Below the pieces are notes generated by a model. It was not told where the DNA came from, made no database searches, and worked only from the letters and a program-made list of their open reading frames with translations. A DNA stretch of 51,663 bases, counting the filler, from Bipalium vagum (taxonomy: Eukaryota), in the NCBI GenBank assembly GCA_037834085.1. It is 3 parts of 3 records of this genome, joined end to end, with 100 filler letters (N's around TTAATTAATTAA, not from the genome) between each part and the next. Parts side by side here need not be neighbours in the genome. Positions count along the whole stretch, not along the records: positions 35,185 to 51,663 come from JBBMKC010109509.1; 2 more parts are not named here. One strand, 5' to 3'. How positions within the stretch are numbered: the first letter of the stretch is position 1; every line of letters begins with the position of its first letter. Shown piece after piece: positions 35,345-49,330 of the stretch. Made by a program: the position numbers and the translations under genes.

Positions 35345-38300
35345 TTTTTATTTTCGCCACTGTGATTTTTTATTTAATTACGGATTTTAATATTATGAAA
35401 AAAGGGAAAAAATTATTTAATGAAGAATGAAATATTTTAATTAATTTTGCAAAATTAAAACTTTCTGTCCAACAATATTTCCCAAATATGTCAAACCATC
35501 TTTACTGCTATGATTTTATTAAAACTGAAACCGAGTCGAAAATTGAAAATTATTACAAATATTTTTAAATTTTTGTTATAAAATATAATATAATGTAGTT
35601 TTTGGAATATAGAAGGAATTTTATTTCGATTTTCTGATCATTTGTTATGAGCTTTGTACAATATATTGATCTCAGATCACGAAGTGCAGATTTATACAAT
35701 AAAATTTTGTCTAAATATTGATATAAAAACTAGTTTTATTAATTAATTATTAATATTGTCATAATTACACAGATTGTTATATAAATCACCGAACTTTATT
35801 GATACACAGTAAAATACACATTATATTACCAATGAAAGATAGATAAATTATTAAAGATAGATATGCAGGCTTTGAGCTTTAATTTCAAACCTTTAAAAAA
35901 TTAATGCAGATAAAATCAAAAAGGTAAAGATATTGAATAAAATTTATTAAATGCTACGCATTTCTTTCAACATGTTTCCAAAGAAACCATTACAATCGTC
36001 TTCTGTCATTGTTTTGAGCCAGTTTTCAGTCCAAATGTATAAATCAATTTCGTTTTTGGTTCACTGTTTCTAATGTGATTTTTCCAAACCTTTTTGTTAA
36101 TTTATTATAAGACCCTAAGATCCAAAATTTAAAACTATTCCTTGTACTTATAAAAGGTGTTGAAAACAATGAAAATAATTCTCATAACGAAATTAAATAA
36201 TTATTTAATGTAATAAATATAGATAGGGTTATATTTACTTTACTTTTGTGTTTTTTTTATAGTTTTGAATGATTTTCATTTTGTTTTAATATGAAATTGA
36301 AGTTAATAATTTAAAATTATACTTAATGAGTTATTGACAAATTTATGTACCTTAATAAATTATAATCATAACTATCAAAATAATGCCAAAACAAAAATGT
36401 ATTCCTACCAAAGTACTTGATGTTATCACAAAGTTTAGTGAAGATGGGACTAAAGAACTAACGGAGTGGTTCTGGGGTTCAATATCGGGAAAATTGGAAA
36501 AATAGTGAATTATTGAGCCTAACTTATTTTAACAAATTCTTAAACGATTAAATTTAACAAAATTTACAAAAAACTGGTTTTGATAACACAGTTTTTGTTT
36601 TACAAATTTGCATCTTTTTTGCAAATAATTTATACATTTTAGTAAATTTAGTAAACCCAAACTATAGAAGATATCCGGTCAAGTATTCAATACTATTATT
36701 ATTAGGGCAAACAAAAAATGCAATTACTTTGTAAAAATAATGCAAAAATTTTCAAAGCTCATTTAGAAAAGTTTTATCAAAAATTAGACATGGATTATAA
36801 AATTTTATTCAACCGTATCATCATTTGCTAAGATCAAATTCACTCTTATATGTGACTAACTACTTATTTTCATAATTTGTATTTAATAATATGAAAATAT
36901 TATTTTTAAATTAGTTAATAATTAATTATAATAAATAATAATCACGTGCGATTATTTAAATTTTTGTCATTTAATATTTATTGTTTTAACAAAATTACAT
37001 TTATAATTTGCTTTTTTTCTCATTAAATAATGCAAAAAAGGCATTTGGCTACCCTAATTATTACAATTTGGTACGATTACAATTCACAGTACGATATATT
37101 AATCTGAGAATAAAGTAACGAGGGCATGATTCTTGTATTCTCCTATTTGTATATTGAGCTCTGATTTCCTTTGTCTTATGAACGAACAATGATTCCAAGA
37201 ATTGAGTCGTAAGAAAAGGAAAGATAAATATTGAAGAATTTATTGTGGTCATGAGAAATTTAGACAAGAAGAAAAATCGTTGAATCATCTTTTTTAAGAA
37301 AAGATTCCCGAGGTTAATATTTTAAAGAATATTAATGGGTTGGCAAGAGAATAATTTTAGATGTTTTTGAAGAGATAAAAGACTCGACACTAAATGAAAC
37401 GATATATTTTCGTTACATTATGGATTGTCGAAGGACCTGTTGCCAGCTTCCAGGAAGCATAACATTTCATCTTTCGTAAAACTCGTGGCTTTATAATGAC
37501 TGCAACAAGTCGGATTTGACGTCATCCTCATTGGTGAAAGTTTAGTTGATGGAAAAATATTTAATTTCAATCAGTCTTTTGAGATTAAAAATTAATACAT
37601 TATGTCATAAGGGAAACTTCTGCTACGAAAAATATTTTTCAAATGATGACTACCGTTCAGTTTTTAATATATATTTACCCATATATTATCAGCGTTCTTT
37701 TTATGTTCCTCGCTCTTAGTAAAATAGATTATTCTCAATTGTTAATTTACAGACATTGAAGATTTTAGAAAGGTATTAACTTCATTATATCTTTTTTGGA
37801 TAGACATCAAAAAGTATTTTGAATCACCACTCCTTTTGTTTTCTATGTTAATGCTATCAATTCTAACTTTTCCAATTCATCGTTTCGTTTAAAAATGAAA
37901 TGAGGATGGTGTCAAGAATTTTTTTCTAAAACACTGATAAAAGGGGAAAAATGGTTCAATCAATTCCAAAACCAATAGCTTAACCTTGTATAGATAATAA
38001 AATTGTCAAAAACAAATCGTTTCTTCAGCAGCGCCCAGTTGGGCTCGGTTCTATAATTGTTTAATTTGTGCTGATGTCTATGGTTAATGAAACTGATTTG
38101 GAGGAATAAAAATTGAATAAAAGTTATACACAATTTGATGAAGTCGATTATCTTTATACTAGTAGTATTAGTAAAATGCTTTGGAATTTCTTCAAAGATT
38201 CAGTTCAAGACTTACAAATAATGAAAGTGAAAGAAATACAATAAAAATACAGTAGAACCAAGATGTAAGAGAACACAATGGGGATTAAGATGTTTTCTCT

Positions 38301-38519
38301 TAAACCTTGGTTTCGTTTACAACTTGGTTTTTCTTTTACTCGGGTTATGTACATTTCAGGAAGTTATGTAATAATTTGATAACGATAATTTTACGCAATA
38401 AGTCAATAGAAGCTAACAAAATATTACAATAATTTCATTGCAAACCAAAATAATTTTTCTATTGTATATTATTAATACAATTATAATAATTATTATTTCT
38501 TTACTACCGCTTTATTTTT

Positions 38520-38800
38520 TTATTACCGCTTCAGATAATTCGATCACTTTTATACGTTGGTTATCAGGGATTAAATCAATATCAAGTTCAAAATGTGAAT
38601 CGCCTATACTGGTGGCTGGTCTTCCGTTTCTAAACTTCTCTAAAATATTGCAATTTTCGTTTTTGATCGATTTATCCATCTTCTAAAGCTGACACAAATT
38701 GTCTCATTTTGGTATATATGGCATAGCTGTGGATGAATTTTCACAGCGTTGCTATCACCAGATTTAAAGAAAAACTGTATTACGCACCGCTTAATTTTCG
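38520..38800 (-). mobile_element. Mariner N-terminal relic
   Basis: The minus strand gives CVIQFFFKSGDSNAVKIHPQLCHIY and IKNENCNILEKFRNGRPATSI..LIPDNQRIKVIELSE (the RSGRP linker between the HTH motifs). Confidence 0.7.
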
Positions 38801-39722
38801 TATTTATTTAATGAGACATAATTTACAAAAATATTATATATTTATATCAAAATAACAACGCTTTTCTAAAACCATAATTCTTCATATTTATAAGTAAATA
38901 TATTTTTTATCTAAAAGCAAATATTTTTTAACGTACTTGCAAACGAGCAAAAATTTTGAACGGCCTGATATTGTTACTATCATTTCTTTTAATAATTAAA
39001 ACAAATATGGACAAATAAAGTAAAATAATACTAAGAAGAAAATGATTTTTTATAAACGTTCTAGTTTTGCTTTTTTGTTGGCAGAATAAAAATCTAATCA
39101 TAAAGTTCTTTTCATTTCCTAATCCTAAAAAGGCTTCCGATATATTTCCTCGTAAGACTTAAATCCACTAATATATAAATATTTATTTATTGCTAAATTT
39201 TGACAAAATAAACTTTATTAATATTATTATAAAAGTTAATCAAAATTTTTTTGCAGTACTTCAATTTCTTTATAAATTAATTCATGAACCGATTATTAAA
39301 AAATGTTACCCGAATGAAAATAATTCTTATTTTGTCAAGTCTTGTTAAGTCTCGATTAGAAGAGAAGAGGTCTGCTGGAATATGAAATTATATTATTTAT
39401 TATTCTTTATTATATTATTTACTAATCCGACTTTAAATGTGACTTGTCTTGATCTTGGCTTTGTAATGCATTTTTTATCTTTTACAACCGGATTTCCAAT
39501 CAAGGAATTCAACCGAAGATATTATAAATATAAGATTGTCAAACTATCAAATTGCTGATGTTTTGCTCTCTATCTTTAAATGTTCAGTCTATGACAACAT
39601 TTGTTTTAATTGTATAATTTAATATATTAAGTGGAAGATTTAAAATTCCTCTATAATGTAATCATAACTGTTTATTTATACTTTTTAGATTTTGTGAATC
39701 TCAGGAGCTGAAGAATTAAGTA

Positions 39723-39835
39723 ATGGTTAACTATGAATTTCACTTCATTATGTTTCACGAATTTAAACGTGACCATTATGCAACAGAACCAATACAAATT
39801 ATCAACAAAGCGTAGGAAAAAGAATCAGTTGCACA
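39723..39835 (+). mobile_element. Short mariner 5' coding fragment
   Basis: MVNYEFHFIMFHEFKRDHYATEPIQIINKA*, resembling the first mariner HTH (..MLYEFK.GH.A.EA..NINKA). Confidence 0.55.
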
Positions 39836-41577
39836 TAAATAAATGCATAAAATATTAAACAAATTTTAAAAACTTTTAATATTTATTAAAAAAAACTATG
39901 ATTTGTGTTTTGTAAAACTTAATATATTGGTATTTGTTTAACGTTTTTCTATCCTCCAATACATAACAATTATTCAATGGGAAATAAATGATGTTACTTA
40001 TTAAGAAAATAATGAAATGAAAAACTAAATAAAACCAGTAAATAATAAAGGACCAACCATTTTGTTCAAACCTGTTACTCCAAGGTTATCTCTAAACAAA
40101 TTGAGTTATAATTTTCGAGTTTAGTTTAGATTTGAGAAAGTCAATAGTCTTGTTCAGGACTAAAATTCTTGAATGTTAAGTTGAGATTAAATTTAATTAC
40201 AGAAGTATACTTTATTATTATAGAAAAATAAAAAATTGAGTTAGATTCACGAATACCTGTTTATGTCACTTGTACTACAGATGTATTATAATATTCAGTT
40301 CATGAATGAATGAGAATGAATCAATTAAAACGATATATTAGATCTTGTCTCTTTTGTCGATAAAAATGAAAATTTTTATGAAGAAATTGGAGTAGACTAT
40401 GACATCGGATTAGATGTCATAGTTATGGAAATTATAAAGAAAATCATGAGCACCATCAGATTTTGATTAATTTTGTGAGCTTAGAAAGTTACATTATGTT
40501 TATCGAAACATCAATATATTTATTTGACTTAGAAATCAAGAGTTTTAGCTTTAAAGGGGATTAGCTTTATCAAATTTAAACTAAAGGTATATATTATATT
40601 ATAACTTTTTTATCTTCAAAATATCCAATTGATGGTTATAATAAGATTATTATTTATGATAATTAAAAATATTTCAAAAATAAAAAATGAATATAAATTA
40701 TGATAAACTTTTAACGATAGGTGGCATTATTAAAACCGGGAATAATATATTTTTCTGTAAATATATGCAATCTTTTAGTGATAAAGAAAATATCAAAAAA
40801 GATATTTTCTCTATAGAATTTTAGGAATTGTCTAAATAATCACTAAAATGTCACCAGATTTAGTAAGCGGAAGCAGTCTCCTACTAGAGACCTGGGGACG
40901 ATTGAAGCTTGACTTCATCACTTCAAGGACAATTAAGCCATGTCATTGTGTAATAATGATAATAACAGAGCATTTATATTATATTTTGATGATGATTTTT
41001 CTTCTGGAAATTCTGAAAATTGTACAGAAAAGACTGTAAATTCTAATTAATATCATTTATAGTTTGATTGAGGGAAAGATATTTATAAAAGGATCTTTAT
41101 TTCGATAAATCTCATAATTGATATAGAAATTATGATAATAATATTATTGCGATTTATTACAATTATTAAATATATTAGGATGAAAAATGAAAATATTTAT
41201 TAAAAATATTTGAATTAAAATTATTAAAATTTAATATTTTTAAATTTTAAAAAGTCAAACGATATTAATCGCCTGAAAAAATTCCCAAAAATTTGATCCA
41301 GTTTTCACAAAACTACATAAAATAAAATTTCATCTTAGTTTAGAGATATTGTTTAAACAAAAATTGCTCAAATAAAGGATTACTGTTCTATTATGGTGTC
41401 CCATAAAATGACCGTTTTTGATATATCAAGATTGATGCTTAATAATTTGTTGTAATAAGGATTTATAAACTATTGATTTATTGTATGAAGATTTACATAG
41501 TTTGATTAAATAATTATGATTAATATTATAAGGTGATTTCTAATTTTTGATTTTTTTTCTAATTGTAATCATTTATT

Positions 41578-41700
41578 GTCAAATTTAGTTGATTTTTTTT
41601 ACGTAGTGCTAAATTTAACTGGTGACATTATGTTGTGTCAAATTTAAGTGATAATATTATTTCGTGTAAGATTTATTTGTTAGTTGATGTAGTGCCATGT
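41578..41700. repeat. Degenerate ~29-bp tandem repeat, ~4 copies
   Basis: GTCAAATTTA / GCTAAATTTA / GTCAAATTTA / GTAAGATTTA at 41578, 41608, 41637 and 41666, each unit ending in ..GT. Confidence 0.55.
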
Positions 41701-43717
41701 TAATATGATCCTTAGTAACTGTAGACATAATTTCGTATTAAAGAAATTTGTCTTGCATTAGTCTTAATAAAAGGATAATGTTATGAGAATTTTTCCATTT
41801 TGTAGTGCTTTGTATAGAAAATAGTAAATAACTTTCCTCGGTTATCAGTCTGATTTAAAAGCAGGACGATATAATTTTATTTTGGTTAAAATTGATTAGA
41901 TGCAACAAAAGACTCAACTACCCCTTTGTATACGGTCAATGAGAACAAAATTTGAGAACAAAATATCAATTTTTTCACATAAGTGGAAGAAATAAAACTC
42001 TATTTTAAGCCTTAAGAGTTATATGTCAGGGTCGAAAAAAGTACAGAGATAGATGATTAGGAACATTTGTTAGCATCTCAACAATTATAAAAATCTATTA
42101 CACAATAAATGTCTTAAAAAAGATCTTTATATAATCAATTTTATCACTGTCATTATTTTTACAACCACTGTTATTATACATGATGTTACAGATCATTATG
42201 TTTATAATTATTGTTCTTTTTATCGCCCGTACCGTTGGTATTTACATGGTTTATTATTATTACTTTTGTTAATAAATATAAACAGTGACTTCTCTCAATT
42301 TCCTTATTTCGAACATGAATAGTCCCATTATTACTATCGTTAATACTAATATTTCTATTACTGAAGACATTATAATTATTACCAGCAATAAAGTATTTAT
42401 TATTATGATAATTATTTAGGTTAATGGATTTTTTCAAAAATTTTTAACAGTACCTCCAACTTATAATAATACATGTTAATTTGCTAATTTTAAAAATAAA
42501 TAAATAAAAAGATTTGTCTTTCCAAATATCCATATGGCAAATGTTAACAGAACTTAGTCTTGATTGATATGGTCAACTTGAGGCCATAGACTCGTTAGCT
42601 ATGCAAGAATTATTGAAGAAGAGAGAAGTTAAAGTTTCTTCCTTATCGGACCAAAGTTCAGGATCTGTTACGGTTCACAAAAAAGCAAGGTCCATCCAAA
42701 TTATTTCTTATTAAAAAAATGAAACGAGTCAAAATCATTAACATTCAATTAAGTAGATTGACCATGATGGATCATAACACTGATACTAGGAACTTCCAAA
42801 GTCGTATATCTTTTCCATATTGTTTTACCAACATACTTTTACCAAAATTATCCACTTAAACTGATGACCATGATTTCTTAATGCATCAGTTCTTTAAAGA
42901 CATTTAAGACATTTACACAACATAAACACAACCTATTTATATACTTATACTTTATTTATTTCTTTTGACAATTGTTGGGGTTTTTAGTTCGTCTAAATTC
43001 ACCAGATTTTGATAATATCTCAAAGTTTTATTTAGAAAAATTTATTAACTTTACTTATTACGAGCACGTTCTTCTTTGGACAATTCTCGCCTTATTTTTC
43101 ACAAAGGAAAGAGTGGAATTCAAACAATTTTTCATCAATCTCCACACGAATGTCTCAAGTATTACAATTGGACCACCACAACCTTTCATTCCTAGATCAT
43201 CTGTTCATCTCATAAAATCACGGAAAGGTTTAAGAGGAGAGCAAAATTCTGAAACCACTAAAACTAAATTATGTATCTTTTTCTTAAGGAGTGTCCAACC
43301 CCAAGGACTTGGGAAGATGTTCAATAATTAATGGTAATTTGATAAAAGTTTTACAAAGCCGAAAAATATTTCTTAGAACGTCCTAGGGTACGAGGAAAAT
43401 TAAACAATCCGAAACATTTATCAATAATAAATGGTTGGTTTTTCCAAGAAGCCGATTTTGAAGGTCTTAACAACCGTTAAAATTCCTCAAAATGAAATAT
43501 TTGTTATTTTACCTCTGTCAAACAAATCATGAAATTAAATAAATAAAATTTTACTTCAGTATTCATAACAATATTTCTTAATAAGACTTATTTAAATTTT
43601 TATATTTGTATTTAATCTATTTTTTAAAAACTGTTTTTAGGGGGAAATTAAAATAGGAGAAAATAAGGCAATAGAAAAATAAGAAATAATCAAAATTTTG
43701 AAGATAATTTAGGAAAA

Positions 43718-43720
<3 letters not shown>

Positions 43721-43760
<40 letters not shown>

Positions 43761-43770
43761 GTTATTATAT
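43721..43770. repeat. (TTA)n microsatellite
   Basis: Direct observation. Confidence 0.9.
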
Positions 43771-45097
43771 TTATTTTTTATTTCTGATTTTGACATCTTG
43801 ATTATTTGGAATACATTTTGTTATCCGGAAAAGATTGAACCATAATTTATTATTAAAATAATATTGAGATATATTAATTATAACAAAAATATGAAAAATA
43901 GATTTTTCACACAATTGACTTTTAATTTTTATGTAACACTGAAAAAATAAAATTGAAGATATTACAAATATCATTGTAAAGAAGAGAAATTTTAATTTAA
44001 AGATAAATTTTTTAAAATTATATACATAAGTATATAAGTATATATATGTTAAAAAATTTATGAAAGAAGAAATTGAAACAATCAAACAATTTAAGCTTTA
44101 ATTTTTCTAGAAATTTCGAAGTCAAGGAACACTTCAAGCAAAAAAGTTAATCTAAATTTGATAAAACTTCTCACAGTTCTTTAACGAATATCAAAAGAAA
44201 GCTCATTTGATATTTGGAAAATATCATCTACAATCAATTCTATAAAGAGATCACAACGATTGTTGAAAGAAAACGTTCGAGAAAATAATTGAAAAGAGAA
44301 AACAAATGCAAAACAATCTTCTTTAAGATCATTATAGTTCGGAGTTGATCTATGAGCATTGTGGGGAACATTTATATTATCAAAAATACTATTGAAAATA
44401 ATACTGAAGGCCATTCAGAATGTTCAGGAAATTATGGAGCAAGTGGATAATTTATTAATTTTTATTTTAAATTAATTAATTTGGTAAATATTTCAAGATA
44501 AATAGACGAAATCCGGAAGGAAAGAGTCATTTGATAAATAAAAATAAAGATTATTATTATTATTATTATTACCATATCATGGGAATTGTTAAGTTTAATA
44601 TCATTTGTCAAATAATGTATTAAATAAATTATAATATTGTAAAATTCTCAATAATAAAAAAATTTTAAATAATTTAATCTAAATATTAAAAATGTAAAGT
44701 TAAAATTTATAGCTTAAATAATATAGAATAATAAATAATATAAATAAATAATAAATAAATAAAATTATAAAAAATAAAATCTTAGGTAATGTAAATTATA
44801 TAATTTTAATAATATTAGTTTGTGTAAAATGTGAAATGATAATTTTATATGGTCATTTTTTTATCTTGATTATCTCTGCGAAGTTTTATTGTAAATTAAT
44901 AATTCTTGTTTTAATATAATGTATTAATATAATATAATTTTTAAAATATAATTGAGTCTCTCAAATCAAAGTTTTTGATAAAGTTACTCAGAACTGCAGA
45001 TGAGATGGCAGAAGTGCATACTTGCTGAAGGCACTTGCTTTGATTAATTCCATTGTTCCTTGTTTAAGATTTCAATAATAAAAGTTTGGTATTATTA

Positions 45098-46354
45098 TTA
45101 GGTTGTTCAGAAAAGTTTTGTTCACATCATTCAAACAGCATAAGTCAGGCGAAACAAAAGATATTTTGATTAAAATGAAAACCATTAGCGTTTACATACT
45201 TTTACTAACGAATTTGTAGATTTTCCATTTCTATGCGATAGAATTCGGTAGGCATGGAGGCAATCAACTGTTCAAATTCCCTTTTTAGCACATCTTCGTC
45301 CTGAAATCTTTTTTCATTCAAATAATTTTGTAAATGTTTGAATAAATGGAAATCACTTGGCGATAGATCGGCCAAGTACGGTGGTTGTGGCAGAATTTCA
45401 TAATTTAGAATTTTCAGCTATTCATGGTTTTCTTCGCTATGGGCGGATTGGCATTGTCATGCAATAGAAATGGGCCTTTTCCATTAATTAAAGCTGGGTA
45501 CATTATTTTCAACTTTTCTTATATAATATCAATTTCTAGGCAGTATTTCTCTGCTGTTATCATTTCATCATTTTCTAGGTAATCGTAGTGAATCACTCTT
45601 TTTGAAAACTACCATACCGTAACAACTATACTTTCTTCGTGTTGACTCAGTTTTGGGAAGAACTTGGAATATTCACAGATGTCTAACCACTGTGCTTAAC
45701 GTTTAATATTGTTATATAACATATATTTTTCCATCACAACTAATCAGAAGATGAAGAAATGACTCGCTTTTCATCCTCAAAATGAATTCTAAGAATGTCT
45801 CATTTGCGCTTCATTTTGTTTTTTTATAGTTATCGCATGTAGCTTCTTTGTCTTACTTATTTGCGTCATATGACTGGAAACAGCTCCTATACTGACATCT
45901 AGACTTTTGGAAATTTTCTTATTGCTGTTCGCATATTCTCTTCCACTAGAGTCTTCAAATCCTTTTAAAATTTGGAAGGACGGTCAATTTGTTCTGCATT
46001 TTCAAGGAATAAATTTCCATTACGAAACCTCTGGTACCAACGAGAGTACTCTTGGCTTATTTACAGTACCATGGACCCAAACTTAATTAATTTTTCGGTA
46101 AGTTTTAGCTGCTTTTGTACCGAGTCGAAACACATAAAAATAAAATCGAGTCACGACATTCTACATTAAAATGGGTAAAAGGTAGTTAGATTTTAATGTA
46201 AAAGGATAGCAGATAAATACTTTAAAGAGAGCAACATATAGACTGTTAAATGCTATACGTATAATATTAAATAATCTTTAAATAAGTTATTCTAATTATT
46301 TACAATTTTAATGCATATAAACAAAAAACGTGAAATTTTTTTTGAACAACGTAA
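45098..46354 (-). mobile_element. Full-length (1257 bp) but inactivated mariner with TIRs and TA target duplication
   Basis: TA|TTAGGTTGTTCAGAAAA ... TTTTTTGAACAACGTAA|TA. Minus-strand peptides MITAEKYCLEID..YPALINGKGPFLLHDNANP and EILPQPPYLADLSPSDFHLFKHLQNYLNEKRFQDED; multiple stops and frameshifts. Confidence 0.93.
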
Positions 46355-47529
46355 TAGTTTACGTTTATGCATTAATTCTTCATTAGTTAATGAATTATTT
46401 ATAGAAACTTAATCAAAAATTAGGAATAAAAAATGATGTTACGAAGATGTGATAATTTCTTTCTTTCATAAATTCCGATATAAAATGATGAAAGCTCTTT
46501 GTGATAATACTTCTTTAAAACAAAAACACAAAAGTAAATAATTTACATGATATTTCCCCTATCATTTCTACCTTTTTAAAACGACAGAATAAATTGTATA
46601 ATATTTTTGACAATGGATCGATTTTTGTCAAATGATTAAAAATAACAAAGATAAAAAACGAAATAAATAAAAAAAAGATTTCTGTGGTATATTATTTTTC
46701 CACAATCTCTATTATTTAATTTCTTTTTATATCGTCTTCAACATAATTTAAAGGGAAGAATTTTAAAATTAAATACCCAGCCTCCATACAGAGAAGATCT
46801 GAAACGGAAATATGGTAATTTTGAATCATTTAGGGATAAGTAGTGATAAAAAGATCATTGTTACTATTTATTGTATGATAAGTTAAGGAAAACTTAGACC
46901 ACTTCACTCTTTATGCATTTTCATTCAACAGGAAACCAATAAATGCAGCACGCCCAGATTCAGTACTCTCCCTGTTGAACATTATATCCTTTTATTTCGT
47001 GTTGTTATTGATTAAAATATATTTAATAATTATTTTATCTTATCATTCTCTTGTTTGTTCTCTCTTTATTTTTCTTTTGGAAAACTTTTTAAATTTAAAA
47101 GGCTAAGAAATCACGAGGTAATTAATGATATATATTGTAATTGTCATGGAAAATCATAATTTATTCAACACGAGCTAATCAATATATTAATATACTAAGA
47201 AAATAATAAATATAATAATAAATATATTAATAATCAATAAAATAATCAATATTATTATATCTTGAGTTTTGTAGTGTTCAAAGTTTCAATCTTGGCTTAG
47301 TTGACATAAACTAATTCCAATATAGATGTGTAAAATCTTAAACCAGTTTCTCTTTATATACCTGAACTTGTTTGGTTCCACTATATGTATTTTGCTTGGG
47401 CTTAATAGAACTACTCAATAGTAATATTATTTTATTTTATTATGTAATCCCGTGGAGACCTAAATGAAACACCTTTTGTGTATGAAATATATAAAATAAT
47501 TCATTACTGATTTAAAATTCGCTTAACTT

Positions 47530-48060
47530 CAAATCGACTCTGAACTGTCGGAAAGTCAGATAAATAAATGGGTTGAAATTTTAAAATCAGTTTTAATAAC
47601 CCATTGGACGACCGTGTTTTTAAGAGGATTGTTACCATGGATGAAAAGTGAGCCTTATTTAATAACCCAGATAAATGATATCAGTGGTTATTTACAAACG
47701 AGTCACCCATTTCTTGTCATATCCATTTTTTGAAGCTCAATGTAATTTTCTTTTAACTTCTGCTAGGTAATAATTTAAACTCGGAAATTTATTCAGCACA
47801 AATGAAGAGATCTCAGGAATTATTGACAACAAAATATTATTCTTTAGTCAATAGAAAGAAGATTTTATTATACAAGCGGATAAAGAAAAGCTTCCTATAT
47901 TATCACGAAATCACCGGCATTTATCAATATTCTTGATGAAATGGAACTATTGCCACATCCACCGTGTTTCTCAGATGTCTTAGCTTCTGACTCTCATTTG
48001 CTTCGCACAATGTCACATTTTCTACGAGAACGGCGCATGGAAAATGAAGAAGCTTTTCAT
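47530..48060 (+). mobile_element. Degenerate mariner relic
   Basis: FKRIVTMDEK*ALFNNP, NSEIYSAQMKR..YYSLVNRKKILL and MELLPHPPCFSDVLASDSHL. Confidence 0.8.
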
Positions 48061-48109
48061 GAGAAGCTGACGAAAATTTCGACTTTAAAAATGAAATTTT
48101 TATAAAATG

Positions 48110-48260
48110 AAATGAAAGAGAGTCCAGACATCGGTTTAGGAATATGTTTTGTCGTTTCATCTCTTTCCAACCATTGTGTTGACCGTGTTTGATTCTGGAA
48201 AAATGCAATTTTTCGCTTCCAGTGAAGGTAAAGAAATACTTGATCCATAAGAATTAATTT
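48110..48260 (-). mobile_element. Small mariner fragment
   Basis: FFQNQTRSTQWLERDETTKHIPKP, like the YDN.KR..QWL....P...PKP segment. Confidence 0.55.
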
Positions 48261-48559
48261 TTTAAAGTTCCTTAGTTTCACTAGAAGCTTCTATTCTCGG
48301 CCTCGAAATCTTGCCAATTAGTTTCACAAAATTCAATATCACCTTAAGGTAACTTTTCTGCCTTACTGCTAAATCTGCAATTTGAGAAGTATTTGGTTAT
48401 ACATAGTTTTTAACTTCAATTTGATTTCATTAGTCCTTCACTAAGACCATTTCTTTATACATTTATAATCGTTTATGAGACAGTAGTACTAGTAATGAAT
48501 TTATTTCTGAATACTATTATTTTCCGTCATTTTTTAAAAAATTTAATTTCTTATGTAGT

Positions 48560-49330
48560 CGAGGTTTTCATAAATTTTTCCTTTAAGAAAATAATCCATT
48601 GAGCGGAACAAATGATAATCTGTAGCGCGAAATCTAGGCAATATGGTGAATATGGTAAGACTTAACTTTTTTTGTGTCAGTTTTGATGTAGGGGCTTATT
48701 CTTTTCTGCTAACCAAACTGTATCTTATTTTTTAAAGAGCGCAATATAAGCTGTCTTATTGTTGGTAGTAACATTCAGTGACAATAGTTTGGCTTTTATC
48801 AAGAGTTCCCAATAAATAACTGCTTGGCAATTCCACAAAAGCAGAAAATATAATCTTTTTTGGAAACAAGCCTGATTTTGAGGTTGCAAGTGGATATTAC
48901 CCAGCCGACAAAGATTGCATGTGATGATCAGGATTAGTGTATTCAACTAATTTTTCATCGGATTCTTTACAATTCACAATCACATTCACAATTCACATTT
49001 CACAGTTCTTTTCCAAACTGGATCTCAATCATGTCTTATGGACAGCATATTCTCAGGAGATCTTCAAGACTTCTAATGTCATCTTTAAATTTTCTAAACC
49101 TTTTTTTGCAATGGCTAACAGAGAGTCTTTCATGAGGATAGATTATCAGAATCTTTCTTGAGCTCTCTTTAGATTTAGTACCTTGGTCATTCTCAAACAA
49201 CAAGCAGTGTCTGATGTGAGTATTTGTAATACTTTTTACCACTAGGATTTCAATAAGAAATATTAAATGTGATACATAAATGGTATTATTCAAACAAATA
49301 CAACATACATTTTTAACAAAGAATATCAAA
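48560..49330 (-). mobile_element. Degenerate, internally deleted mariner
   Basis: TNTHIRHCLLFENDQG..ESSRKI..CKKRFRKFKDDIRSLED, LLWNCQAVIYWELL, and PYSPYCLDFA near 48640. Confidence 0.85.

Noticed and set aside
35133-35360. 75-aa ORF in the track
   Set aside because: It consists almost entirely of N-derived X residues.
42186-42437. Asn-rich 83-aa minus ORF
   Set aside because: Consistent with decayed (AAT)n sequence; there is no motif or splice support.
44100-44450. Possible non-LTR retrotransposon tail
   Set aside because: Only a vague resemblance with multiple stops; not supportable.
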